From Octopus vulgaris (taxonomy: Eukaryota): a stretch of 64,000 nucleotides of DNA. The stretch is from assembly GCA_951406725.2 (NCBI GenBank), contig OX597819.1:86986001-87050000 (forward strand), read 5' to 3'. The translations under genes were made by a program, and so were the position numbers. The notes beneath the pieces were generated by a model. The model made no database searches and had not been told where the DNA came from. It was given only the letters and a program-made list of their open reading frames with translations. This document shows positions 27,384 to 40,300 of the stretch, piece after piece (position 1 is the first letter of the stretch; every line of letters starts with the position of its first letter).

Positions 27384-27444
<61 letters not shown>

Positions 27445-27447
<3 letters not shown>

Positions 27448-27780
27448 TCTTTTACTCTTTTACTTGTTTCAGTCATGTGACTGCGGCCATGCTGGAGCAC
27501 CGCCACTAGTCGAGCAAATCGACCCCGGGACTTATTCTTTGTAAGCCCAGAACTTATTCTATCGGTCTCTTTTGCCGAACCCCTAAGTGACGGGGACGTA
27601 AACACACCAGCATCGGTTGTCAAGCAATGCTAGGGGGACAAACACAGACACACAAACACATACACACACATACATATATATATATACATATATACGACAG
27701 GCTTCTTTCAGTTTCCGTCTACCAAATCCGCTCACAAGGCATTGGTCGGCCCGGGGCTATAGCGGAAGACACTTGCCAAT
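27445..27780 (-). mobile_element. SINE family A (head-truncated)
   Basis: Tail (tactcttt)x2 and a well-conserved 3' half. Confidence 0.88.
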
Positions 27781-27962
27781 GTATTATAATTTTCTTGCTA
27801 CTGAATTACTAATGAAAGATTTATATTTTTCCACACGCAAACTGATGTAATTCGTATTGGCAAATAAACATGTATAATATGGAATAAATAATATCAAAAT
27901 TTCCTAGTTTTCTGCTTTAATACACACACCCATATACATGCCGTGGCCGTGTGTTAAGTTTG

Positions 27963-28014
<52 letters not shown>

Positions 28015-28259
28015 GGGAAATTCTGCCTACCGATTTCATTCAAGTCAGACCATGGTTATGGTAAAATACGTCCAGTCAAAGCGTCACGCTGTGAGACTAA
28101 ACCTGTGAGACAAACCATGTGGATACGAAGCAGACTTTTTAACCAAATAAATAGCCACGCGTACGAGGACATATTATAACATCCTTGCTCAGTCTTACAT
28201 TTAAACTTTTTATCACTTTTAGTTTGCATATTTTAGTTAAAAAAAAAAAACCAGCAACA

Positions 28260-28475
28260 ATACTCTTTTACATGTTTCATTCATGTGAATGTGGCCATGC
28301 TGGAGCACCGCCTTTAGTCGAGAAAATCGCCCCCAGGACTTATTCTTTGTAAGCCTAGTACTTATTCCATCGGTCTCTTTTGCCGACCCGCTAAGTTACG
28401 GGGACGTAAACACACCAGCATCAGTTGTCAAGCGATGTTGGGGGGACAAATACAGACACACAAACATATACACAC

Positions 28476-28512
<37 letters not shown>

Positions 28513-28700
28513 CATATATATACATATATATATATACATATATACGACAGGCTTATTTCAGTTTCCGTCTACCAAATCCACTCACAAGGCTTTGGTCGGC
28601 CCGAGGCTATAGTAGAAGACACTTACCTAAGGTGCCACGCAGTGGGACTGGACCCTGAACCATGTGGTTCGTAAGGAAGCTACTTACTACACTGCCACTA
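28260..28700 (-). mobile_element. SINE family A
   Basis: Both halves present with an internal (TA/TACA)n tract. Confidence 0.9.
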
Positions 28701-29059
28701 AACAAGTTTTCTTTAATTAATTTCTTTAAATAATTTATGTTATAGGAGAAAGATTATAAATTTCTGTTTATTCAACTAAATTTCATTCTCTGGATCAGAG
28801 TTACTCCTGGTTGGTGTGGTGGACTGAAAATGGGCGAACAAATTGCTGTCTCTATCTTTATGAAACAGTTCCTCCGATGGGTAATTCCGTGTTCGTTTCA
28901 CTGAGCGGTAATTATTGCCTGGAGTAAATATTAGCAATAATTATAAAGATATAGAACATGGAGAAACCATAGCTATACTACGGAGTACAGTTAAACCGGG
29001 GGTGGGGGGAGTAGATGCGACTTATATATAGAAGGACTATACCTGATATTTAGATCGAG

Positions 29060-29660
29060 AAACCCATTACTTAATACCAGACTTGAACAGGCCTTAAGGC
29101 CAAACGCGATAACACATTTAAAAAGTTTCATGAAAGTTCAAGATAACTCAATACCCAAACCATAGTTGAGTGGGAAAGGATGGATAAACAAGCATATCCT
29201 AAACCCACAAAATTCATGGCGCTCCTCAACAAATCTAGCATATATTCTATCCAATGTATATTGTAAGACATAAACAACACAGCCAAGAAAGTGAATATAT
29301 GAACAATTAAAAACATTACACTAGAAGCTCTACACATGAAAACAAGGCCTCAGCGTAGCTAAAATACACAAGGAGCCCTGAGAAAACACTAACATCAACC
29401 TTGACCTAATTAGACAGAACCCTGTCTTCGTACAACAACCAGTGTAAATCTGAGGTCAACCGCGCAAGCATACAAACGGATAAGATTTCAGTTTCAAAAC
29501 ATCCCACCTCCCCATGAATCCTAACTAACAAACAACTAACTCCACTCAGTTCATTTCGAAATTAGTCAAATGGATAGACCTTGAAGAAGCTGCATCGAAA
29601 ATCGTACCAGATTGTATCTGCAACTGCCCGTAATCTGTGTAGTGGAAACCCGTGTAGGTC
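29060..29660 (+). mobile_element. Very degenerate Penelope-like 3' end with hammerhead-like motif
   Basis: 'ITLEALHMKTRP' resembles a GIY-YIG C-terminus. Downstream lies GACC-TTGAAGA-A-GCTGCA...TGTAGT-G-GAAACCCGTGTA-GGTC at 29577-29660. Confidence 0.4.
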
Positions 29661-29771
29661 ATAAAGACCATAAGAATATGCTGTATAGAATTGTAAAATA
29701 AGAGGAAATAAATTTTTAGGACGAACGGGTCTCCATGTTCTATGTCGTTATAATTATTGCTAATAAATACG

Positions 29772-30175
29772 TAAGGCAAGTTGACAGAATCGGTAGCACG
29801 CCCGGAAAAATTCTTAGCGGCATTTCGTTCGTCTGACGTTCTGAAATCAAATTCCGCCAAGGTTGACTTTGAATTTCATCCTTTCGGAATCGATAAAATA
29901 AATACTAGTTGAGGGCTGGCGTCATGTAACCGACTTATCCCTTCTTCAAAACTGCTGACCTTATTCCAAAATTCGAAACGTGTGTGTGTGTGTGTGTTTT
30001 GTTCCGACTACTGCTTGACAACCCGTGGTGGCTTGTTTACGTTCACGTAACTTAGAGATTCGGCAGAGAGACCAGACTTTTAAAAAGATGCGCTAGAGTC
30101 AATCTATTCGACTAAAACACTTCAAAGCAGTTCCCCAACATAGCCGCGGCCGAATGTCTGAAACAAATAGAAGAC
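29772..30175 (+). mobile_element. SINE B followed by a SINE A 3' half (both diverged)
   Basis: Matches the family motifs seen elsewhere in the window. Confidence 0.7.
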
Positions 30176-30746
30176 AACAGACACGTGCTATCCAAGGCTG
30201 CTTGCGATCTGCATCTGTAGTTCTCGAAACTGACATCTAGTAGTACACCCTCCGCACCAAAATAGAGAATATTTTGGTAGAGGTATGAGTGATGGTATAA
30301 GTCAGTTTGAGAACTACGTCTATAGATAACCTGCAGTCTCGGATAACTCGTATGGTTCATTGTTTGATGCAGCTACGTGTGCTTAATAAGCTCCACTCCC
30401 ATACCTAACTGCACTGTGGTGCCACCAATTTCCTGTCCAACCAAAGAAGCACTTTTCTCTCGTGTAACTGCTGTTAGTTTTTCTCTCGTGTAACTGCTTA
30501 CTTAGCGATATTATCAATCGTGGCATAACATGACCTTCCTTGACCAATTGTAGCCCATCAGCCGGTAGCCATCTTGAACTTCTTGTACCTCTCCGGCCAT
30601 TCGGATTCTAACCTGCCTGAAACTTGAAGTAGCACGGAATCCGAATAAAACTGTTTTAAATAATATATATATATATATGATACATCGTTAGCTACTACAC
30701 ACATTTTTCTTCTCTCCTTGTTTCTCTCCTTGTTTTTTTCTGTGTA

Positions 30747-30784
30747 TCTTTCTGTAGAAGAGCGTAGGCTCGAAACGTAAAAGA
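30747..30784 (+). ncRNA. Minimal hammerhead-like motif within a Penelope-type terminal repeat (~30680-30875)
   Basis: TCTTT-CTGTAGA-A-GAGC-gtag-GCTC-GAAAC-GTA-AAAGA, with an A6U substitution in the core. Confidence 0.6.
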
Positions 30785-30914
30785 CTTTTTCTATTCCTGA
30801 GCGTTATACTAATACATCTGTTTGTTTGTACACCACCTGCCTTCGTCTTTTGTTTATTTCGTAAACTTTCCCGTTATATATATAGCAACCGTCATTACAC
30901 TTTCTGGATAGATT

Positions 30915-31260
30915 TTCACGCATGACGAACTGGAACTATGGATATTATCCGGCCATCTCATTCTTCGTTTACTCCAAGGTATCTCGCTTCTTGGCTCCCA
31001 GATCGATACGAATGCATATCTCGATTTAAAATTGAATTTTCCCTTGCTGTACATCCCAACAATATTCTAATCACATTTTCGTAATACCAGGGCTTTGACT
31101 CCTCAATGGAGAGAATTAGAGGCTTGACCTGGAGAAACTCTCTGATCTCCGAACTTCGCACTCTACCGAGTACCGTTACACCAGAGTTCCTTCGGAGGAA
31201 TCCCATTTAGACTGCCTGTATTCACGATCGTTCTCTTCCGATTATTACCGAATGTACATG
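30915..31260 (-). mobile_element. RTE-like LINE 3' fragment
   Basis: 'MGFLRRNSGVTVLGRVRSSEIRE.LQVKPL...IE...W' resembles an RTE C-terminus. Confidence 0.7.
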
Positions 31261-31573
31261 CAGTGAATATCCATTACCATATTAATACTTACGGTCTATC
31301 TTCAGCACTTACGACATGCATCTGATATGAATGTGTTTGTATGTAAGTGTGTGTGTGTGTCTGCGTCCGTGTATGTATGTGTGTACGTACGCGCACGCAC
31401 TCGTGTGTGCGTGTATATGTGTGTGTCTGTATGTTTAATTAATATGTTACGCCAACGAATGTAGATATGGAAAGGATGGAATGCAGCGGTTGCATATCTT
31501 ACTTGCGTCAGCACGTAGTTGCAAAACGCTGCCTCTCTCTCCTCCAGTTTCTCTCCCTCTCTTTCTTCTCCTC

Positions 31574-31605
<32 letters not shown>

Positions 31606-31912
31606 TTCACACACACACACACACACGCGCATCTTCTATCTTTGGAAGGACTAGGCTCTGGCGAATCCTGGAGAGAGACGACCTCTTGCAAGGTTTAGCT
31701 GTGCAAATTGCCAACATACGGCATATGTATATACATACATACATTTCAAATTTGCACACACACATAATTACATACATACATACATACATACATACCCTGT
31801 TGTTGATTTTAAAATTGTATCTTGGTTAGAAACCAGCTCTTTCTCTATTGGCAAGAATTCTTGAAATAAAACTGAACAATGACACACACACACACACACA
31901 CACACATGCATA

Positions 31913-32080
31913 CTAGCAAAGGCACCCGGCGTTGTTCGGGGATGTTCCTTGTATACTGGAGGAAAAAAGCAAAATATGTTGTATAGAAATTTGTTATTCT
32001 GAATTAAATCTGTTCTTCATTTGGGGTACAATTTATTTTTCAATTGGGAAATCAATTCTGAATTCAAAATACAAACATAT
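31913..32080 (-). mobile_element. Helitron 3'-terminal fragment
   Basis: a|ctagcaaaggcacccggcgttgttcggg is the reverse of a hairpin plus CTAG; related to the end at 14311. Confidence 0.5.
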
Positions 32081-32222
32081 AAAATAATAATAATAATAAT
32101 TATAATAATGATGATGATGATAATAGTAGTAGTAATAATTATAAACGAAAATACAAAATTTACCAGTTATGAAGGGAGACAAATTGTATTACATATGTTG
32201 CAGGAAATTACGCAAGAACCTC

Positions 32223-32390
32223 TGGGTTAAGGTATTGAACTCATGATCGCTAGATCGTATGTTCGATTCTCGGACTGAGCAGTGCATTGTGTTCTTGAGC
32301 AAAACTCTTCATTTCACGTTGCCCCTGTAACACTCAGTTGTAAATGGGTAACCTTGCATCGGAATAGCCTTCCAATTCGGGGAGAATATG
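32223..32390 (+). mobile_element. Old tRNA-derived SINE with CORE-like domain
   Basis: B box gttcgattc and 'gtgttcttgagcaaaac...cactcagttgtaaatgggtaacc'. Confidence 0.6.
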
Positions 32391-32455
32391 ATACAAATAT
32401 TTGGACAAACTGCATAATCTTATCGAGCACTTCTTCAGCGTTCTCAGCAAAAGAT

Positions 32456-32617
32456 ACAGGAGTGGCTGTGTGGTAAGTTGCTTGCTTACGAACCACATGG
32501 TTCCGGGTTCAGTCCCATTGCATAGCACCTTGGGCAAGTGTCTTCTACTATGGCCTCGGGCCGACCAAAGCTTTGTGAGTGGATTTGGTAGACGGAAACT
32601 GAAAGAAGCCCGTCGTA

Positions 32618-32669
<52 letters not shown>

Positions 32670-32945
32670 CGTGTGTGTGTGTGTGTGCGTGTGTGTGTGT
32701 GTGTGTATATATATGAATGCGTGTGTGTGTGTATGTTTGTGTGTCTGTGTTTGTCCCTCCCAACATCGCTTGACAACCGACGTTGGTGTGTTTACGTCCC
32801 CGTAACTTAGCGGTTCGGCAAAAGAGACCGATAGAATAAGTACTAGGCTTACAAAGAATAAGTCCTGGGGTCGATTTGCTCGACTAAAGGTGGTGCTCCA
32901 GCATGGCCACAGTCAAATGACTGAAACAAGTAAAAGAGTAAAAGG
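32456..32945 (+). mobile_element. SINE family A, best-preserved full-length copy
   Basis: A box tggctgtgtgg, B box gggttcagtccc, internal (TA)n(TG)n, tail (agtaaaag)x2. Confidence 0.93.
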
Positions 32946-33043
32946 GTATAGTGTCAAGTTTGCTCTAACGTATATCTCCGACATACAAATGCCCACAACA
33001 TCAATGGTGTTGCGGAATATAGGATAATGGAGCACTATGTAGT

Positions 33044-33423
33044 GGAAGCACTCCGTCGGTTCCGACGACGAGGGTTCAGGTTGATCCGATCAACGGAACA
33101 GCCTGCTCGTGGAATTAACGTGCAAGTGGCTGAGCACTCCACAGACACGTGCACCCTTAACGTAGTTCTCGGGGATATTCAGCGTGACACAGAGAGTGAC
33201 AAGGCCGGCCCCTTGAAATACAGGTACAACAGAAACAGGAAGTAAGAGTGAGAGAAAGTTGTAGTGAAAGAGTACAGCAGGGATCACCACCACCCACTGC
33301 CGGAGCCTCGTGGAGTTTTAGGTGTTTTCGCTCAATAAACACTCACAACGCCCGGTCTGGGAATCGAAACCGCGATCCTACGACCGCGAGTCCGCTGCCC
33401 TAACCACTGGGCCATTGCGCCTC
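33044..33423 (-). mobile_element. SINE family C, full length, with 11-bp TSD
   Basis: tRNA-like head ggaggcgcaatggcccagtggttagggcagcggactcgcggtc...ggtttcgattcc. TSD cactatgtagt at 33033-33043 and 33424-33434. Confidence 0.94.
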
Positions 33424-33679
33424 CACTATGTAGTAGGATGGAGTAAACAGAAGATAGAAAAGGTCGAAGCCAAGAGGATGGTGGAGCAACGCCCGTTCTT
33501 ACATATTTAGGCAGACACAAACAGACATTCGTAAACACTCTCAACTGTGAACATATATACACAGTAGGGAGGAGAGAAGTGAAAGAAAAATCTCTGATAC
33601 TTCGAAGACTGAAATATGACAAAAAGCACAGCATCGACGGCCACAACAGTAACAACAACGACAACAATAATAATATTTT

Positions 33680-34620
33680 CTACTATAGGCAAATGGCGAG
33701 AAATTTGGGTGGGTGGAGAGCAGGCTAGTCGTTTACGTCGCCCTCAGTGCCTCAACTGGTACTTATTTCATTAACTCCGAAAGGATGGAAAGCAAAGTAG
33801 ATCTCAGCCGAATTTGAATTGAGAAAGTAAAAAGCCAGAAGAAATATCGCTAAGTATTTTGTCTGGTGTGTTATCATCTTTGCCAGCTCGCCACCTTACC
33901 AATAGTAATAATAATCTTATCGAAGGCGGCGAGCTGGCAGAAACGTTAGCACGCCGGGCGAAATGCGTAGCCGTATTTCGTCTGCTGTTACGTTCTGAGT
34001 TCAAATTCTGCCGAGGTCGACTTTGCCTTTCATCCTCTCGGGGTCGATTAAATAAGTACCAGTTACGCACTGGGGTCGATATAATCGACTTAATCCGTTT
34101 GTCTGTCCTTGTTTGCCTCCTCTGTGTGTAGCCTCTTGCAGGCAGTAAAGAAATAGGTATTTCGTCTGTCTTTATGTTCTGAGTTCAAATTCTGCCGAGA
34201 TCGAATTTGCCTATCATTTCAGGGTCGATAAATTAAATACCAGTTGCAAACTGGCTCGATCTAATCGACTGGCTCCCTCCCCAAAAATTTCGGGCCTTGT
34301 GCCTTCAGTAGAAAAGAATAGTCATCCTTTCTACTATAGGCACAAGGCCTGAAATTGTGTGTGTGTGGGGGGGTATTCGATGACATCAATACCAGTGCGT
34401 AACTGATACTTATTTAATCGATCCTGCAAAGAGAAAAAGCAAAGTCGACCTCGGCGGAATTTGAAGTCAGGCCGTAAGGACGGACGAAATGCCGCTAAGT
34501 ATTTCGCCCGGCGTGCAAACGATTCTGCCTGCACGTAATGGCAATAATAATGATTTCAAACTTTGATACACGGCTAGCAATTTTGTGGGAAGGGCGAAGT
34601 CGATTACGTCGACTCCAGGG
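33680..34620. mobile_element. Cluster of SINE family B copies in alternating orientations
   Basis: Minus 33680-33900, plus 33923-34160 with a tandem partial copy to 34315, minus 34325-34530. Confidence 0.88.
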
Positions 34621-35004
34621 CAATAATGATATATAATATCAACTACAGTACGAATAGCTACTGCTATAATATATCAATAGTGAATTGAAATAATGGTGCC
34701 TTTCTTTGTTAGGTTTATGTTATTGGCTTTAAAGGACATGCTCTGAGGGAGACGAAGCAGGTGTTCATGAATACTTCCGTACTCGCTAGGCATTGTTATG
34801 TAGTGTGCCGCATACCCCCGCACCATCCTACTTGCAAACGTTTATTATGGTATTTATACAGTTACATATCCGCCTACGCATAAACGGTCGGGCTTATATG
34901 TGAATGAACGCACAAATATACACAGATTGTATGCCCATTGATGCCCCCTTACGCACATATACTTACATGAACTCATGTACAAATACCTTCCCTCCCATCA
35001 TACC

Positions 35005-35238
35005 TATTTCTTTACTACCCACAAGGGGCCAAACACAGAGAGGACAAACAAGGACAGACAAAGAGATTAAGTCGATTACATCGACCCCAGTGCGTAACTG
35101 GTACTTAATTTATCGACCCCGAAAGGATGAAAGGCAAAGTCGACCTCGACGGAATTTGAACTCAGAACGTAACGGCAAACGAAATACGGCTACGCATTTC
35201 GCCCGGCGTGCTAACGTTTCTGCCAGCTCGCCTCCCTA
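35005..35238 (-). mobile_element. SINE family B, full length
   Basis: Near-identical to 60257-60492; flanked by ccatcatacc at 34995-35004 and 35239-35248. Confidence 0.9.
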
Positions 35239-35805
35239 CCATCATACCGTACAGTGACTAGACGTCTAATGTTAGCACCTTTTCACCGCTCGTCCGCATA
35301 TCCACTGTTCCACGCGGACCTATGTATTTGTTTGTGATCGCATAAACAATATCAGATTATCAGAGTGTTTGTGTAAGTCCATCAGATTCAGTAAGATCAT
35401 TGGCCTACATGGTCCACAGTCGTAAGAGACAAACATTGCATTCCGCAGGCAAGTGTATCATTAGGTGTATTCTATATTATTGTTCTGTGCTTAGCACATT
35501 GTTGATCAGACAATATTCAGACCGTTAAATGCAACCTCATTATTCCTAGCAGTGCTATAATCCAGTTATCTATAAAAATGTCCATACTAGTAAAGCCTGG
35601 GTTTTATACACATATGATTAAAATGAGACAGAGGTTCATATGAGGTAGAGAAACTGGAATATTTATGTGTAGATGTACCTGCATAGCAAGTGATTTCATC
35701 TGAGATCGTGTGCTGAAACGAAAGCAATTGCAGCGTGGAAGGTGTTTGTAAGCCATTTAAGAAACACACAAAAGCCGTTCGATTCACTTCAACATTTAAG
35801 TTTAA

Positions 35806-35856
35806 TTTGTCAAAATATTTTCGTCGCTTTAAGACCGCGACCTGTTCACTGACAAA
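35806..35856 (-). ncRNA. Second copy of the G3:C8 hammerhead-like fold
   Basis: Reverse: TTTGTCA-GTGAACA-G-GTCGC-ggtcttaaa-GCGAC-GAAA-atat-T-T-TGACAAA. It lies in a repeat (~35725-35871) homologous to 2392-2537. Confidence 0.62.
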
Positions 35857-36379
35857 AATCCGTGCTGCATCATTATGTGTTGGGTTTTACTGAATCAAAC
35901 TAAGTGTACGAAAGCCAAATGTGTTTATTATCCTCGTGCTAACTGGAAGGCCAGCAATGTGCTAACATGCCTCCACGTATTTAGCTTATCACTTTTCGTT
36001 TATTTGTTTATATTTAAAAATTGTCGCTTTAAAATTGGAGATCAAATATCATTATGATATATGTTATATACAGTTATTGTACAGTTATTATACTATTAGC
36101 CTTCCATAATAGCTTTCTCTCCGTAACTCGCAAAGCCTTTCGGGTTTGTTTATAAAAATATTATTTATGTAGTATTCAGACAGCTTGAATATATATTAAT
36201 TAAATTTGACTGAAATTGATGGGGGAGCGTTTGGCCAATCAGATTCATAAGGAGCCATGACAGGTAAGATTTGTGGGTTCGATTATGAGGTTATCTCATA
36301 ATTTTTTTCGGTCATTTGTTTATATTTAAAGATTGTCGATTTAAAATCGGAGATTAAATATCATTATTATATATATACA

Positions 36380-36543
36380 TATACGATGGGCTTCTTTCAG
36401 TTTCCGTCTACCAAATCTACTCACATGGCTTTGGTTGGCCCGTAGCTATAGTAGAAAACACTTGCTCAAGGAGAAGCGCAGTGGGAGTGAAGCCGGAGCT
36501 ATGTGGTTGGGTAGCAAGCTTTTTACCATACAGCCACGCCTGC
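36380..36543 (-). mobile_element. SINE family A 5' half
   Basis: Matches family A motifs. Confidence 0.8.
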
Positions 36544-36999
36544 ATCACGATATATGAAATATGTCGTTTCATATTGCAATATCATATTTTGTTGCAATAC
36601 AATCTGAATTATTTCGTTTACGATTTACAGAATGTGCCTTTCCTCCTTTTAGGACAAGAGGGAGTGGTATGAAGGAAATTTGACTGCTATTTTTAGAGAT
36701 TCTCTAAAATTAGCTCCTTATAAATTCGTTTTATTTGCTGCGGAATTTTGTTTTATGTCAAGATAATTCTTGCTTTAATTTGAAAGCGTGAAAACGGTAT
36801 GTAATTTTTTTAATTGCCAATTTGCCTAGACTGAACTTATTACAAGCTGACAGAATTGATATACCTTCAGATAAAATGCCATGCGATATTTCTTTCGTTC
36901 TGAGTTTAAATCCCGCCGATTTCAGCTTTGGCTTTTAATCTCCAGAGTTGATGAAGTAATGTATCAATCCAAGGGCCCGGGAACAGCGGGTGCAGGTGG

Positions 37000-37375
37000 T
37001 GCACTTGCCCCCACTGAAATTCCTGTCTGTGTCAGAGCAATTGTGAGGCAGTCTTTGAATCTCATTTTGGATTTACGTGCTGGTCTCCTACCATCTTGCA
37101 GCTCACCATACAAAAGTTGCTTGAGAAGTCTTTCATCAGTCATTCTTATCAGGTGTCCACATCCCTGATGACCATTTTCCAATTTATCCCAAAAATTTTC
37201 CTAAGACAATATTGATGATATCGTTCAAAATACCTTAAATGCCTACGATAAACAACCCATGTCTCACTTCCGTATAGCGAAGCTGGCAGGACATATGTGT
37301 TATAAACGCCAAACTTAATTTGGAACGATATGCTATGGTGTGACCAGAGACGCCTGTCAAGCCTACCATACGAAC
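37000..37375 (-). mobile_element. RTE (BovB-like) LINE C-terminal fragment
   Basis: 'VLPASLYGSETWVVY', 'GHLIRMTDERLLKQLLYGELQDGRR...MRFKDCL'. Confidence 0.88.
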
Positions 37376-40300
37376 ACCAACAATTTAACTTCTTTGAAAG
37401 TCCGATAGATCTGTCATTTGAATGAGTTTTAATTACCTTTTGCCCAGCATGCTAACGATTCTGCCAGCTCGCCACCTTATCGCTGTAATATCAATGAATA
37501 TAATATTGGACTGCATGACTGAATCTACCTTCAGCTATTTTAATGCTTTATCCCAGTAATGTTATCGATATAACTAAATGTTCCTTTACATAGTCTTGCT
37601 TGTCGGCTATCTATTAATATAATGAAAGATATATTCGTTGAAATTATATAAATGGCTCGTAATATAGATGCCTTTGGTATCTTTTGAATAATTTTAGGAC
37701 CTAATCATTAATTATCTCCCAACAGTAAGCTAACTGCTTACTATTCAATGACTGATTTATATTCGTTTCGCTACGTACATTTCTGCTCTAAAAATTGTTA
37801 TATACATGTATTTCACAATTTATGTATGACATCGATTAATATGGAATTTGTATCCGTCATTACAGTGATGCCATCTGTCAACATTATTTCTAAAAATTCT
37901 CTTGTGAAGCTGACCGTCATTAATTCTCGGCAAGATAGAAATACTATTGATACATAGTTATAGCTGTGTGGCTAAGAAGTTCGCTTCGCAATTAGATGGT
38001 TCTGGATTCGATTCCACTGTACAGTACCATGCCTACGTGTCTCGAGTTTAGCAGTATCTTGTAAGTGAAATTTTGGAGATAGAAACTGTGTGGAAGCTCG
38101 TATATATTTTATTAATTAAGTAAATATATTTTATATATTTTTTCTTAATTAAGTTATGTCTATGTATCATACTGTTAATCAAAGAAATGTTAGCTATGTA
38201 TTGGGCACTTCCTGCAGTTATAATGCTTTTTCATCATTTCTTCTTTCGGTTACTCCTACACAGTCCCATGATATGTCCAAAATGCTATTCCTGTCACTAA
38301 CTACCTCTAAGGAGTGATTTGTTTCTAAGAATGCTTCAAAATTATGGTCGTCATCTTTGTATTTTGTAGAGGTAGAGGGAAAGAGAGAGAGAAAGAAAGT
38401 GAGATAGGGAGGGAGTTATTGATATTGTCTAGTGAAGGTCAGTTCTGGTCAAGTATACCTATCATTAGAAGGTGCTCGACATGTAATTACTCCATACTTC
38501 TAAGCCTACATTATCCATCCCTAAAAGCAGGGATCATTTCATCTATTCCATGCATCACTGACTTTTCCACTTTTCAAAATCAAGGTATTTACGTAACACC
38601 ACCAAAGTCAGATCATAAATGTTCTGTTGCTGGTGCACTCATGTTTAGATGCATATTTTGTGTAGAAACGAGTTAAAACGATTGAAGCAAAGAGGCTATA
38701 CCTTATTAGATATGTCCTGCAGATCATTGGATTCACGTATTCTCGATATAGCATTTGTTGCTTGGGTTGGGTACTTGTTGCTGATGATGTGCAATTACGC
38801 TGAAATTACAGTTCCATCTACTGGTGATGACGAAATTTTCGTCTTCCAATGTAATCTGTGCCGTTTATAACGCGTAACATTTATGTGAGATGATTTCTTG
38901 GGATAATTACCGTAGCCTATGGCAAGCAATCATCCAAGTTAATGTAGGTGAAACGAATTTTTATTGATACATTTCATTCAACTGCAAATAAATACGATAG
39001 AAGATACAGATTACAAGTTAAATTAGCAATAGAGAATCGTTGTGCAATTAACAATAAACATCTTACAAGCAAATGATGATCATCTGTCATTCATGTCGGG
39101 CCAAAAGTAGAGATAGATATTAAGCCTCCCGTTGAAACAAAAAGATGCAACCAATCATTGATAGAATGCTCTGCAAATAAAAGAAGGTGAATAAATTCAT
39201 TTCATTTTATCATTCTTCAGGCAAATGTTAACTATTTAAATTGTTGGTGAAAAACGGAAAAAGAATGAGTAACTTGTATGAATTCCAAAGTTATTAATCT
39301 TATTGCCTGGTATTCCTGTCAAAATTGTTACACAGTTAACTTTATATCACACATCTCACTCAAGAATGCTTTGCGGACTTAAGTTTGCCATAGGCATTAC
39401 TGTAGTAAATTTTGCGACAAAGCTACTTTAATTCTTCATTTAAATAATGTATAGCGAGCTTACTGCTCTTTTCTATTCTATTAAGGTTGTGGTTGAAAGA
39501 GGAATTATAAAATCTAATTAAGTTAGTGCTTTATAAAACAGATGTATGAATATTTAATGGGAAAACATATTAACACGTGGTGAAGTAGTGTAAGCGCCCA
39601 CTCACTCTCTCTATTGATTTATATCATTAAAATAACTCTATGTCGCTAACGTTTTGACCTTAACCTTTCGACAATAATTTTAACTGCATTTCGGTCCCAA
39701 CATATTTTTGTATTGTAGTCTGTGAGTGACTGTAAGTGGAGCGTCGGTGGAGATCCTAGAAATGAAATTACTTACTTTCATATATTGTCGTTCCTAACAT
39801 GATACTTTCACATTATTTTACTTGCCCAGTATCCTCCCTGTGGCTAGAGAAAAGTAAATGCAAACACATGTGTTTATATTCATAACATTTTCTTATCAAT
39901 ATCCAAAGGATTTGATTCGCATTAACAATCTACAATAGCTCCACTGTAAAAATGACACGAAGAGGGAATCTTTTCTGTTTAGTTGTCAGCGGCACCAAAA
40001 ATTAAAGTTTACCGAAAACTTTAAAATTTGGCACTATAATACACTTGCTCAAACTGAACTACTGGAGTTATTTCATTTTTTTTTCTTTCAGGAAAATGTT
40101 TTTAAAATGTTACAGAGGTTTAAAGTTTGATCATTTTCACCCAGTCAGGAAACAGGATTTGGAAGCAGTCATTTTGTGCGTGACTGCACAGTTTGTCGTC
40201 AAAATCCTGAAAATAGCACATTTGAATATTTGTAAACAACACTTGTAATGTCTCGGGTAATTTTCTTTCATGTAATTTAGCTGTTATCTTTAGCATGAAA

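Noticed and set aside
33344-33423. tRNA-like sequence (also at 10260-10337)
   Set aside because: It is a SINE head continuing into a SINE body with a TSD; there is no complete cloverleaf or Pol III terminator.
38280-38650. Possible degenerate LINE RT fragment on the minus strand
   Set aside because: Too decayed to support a family call.
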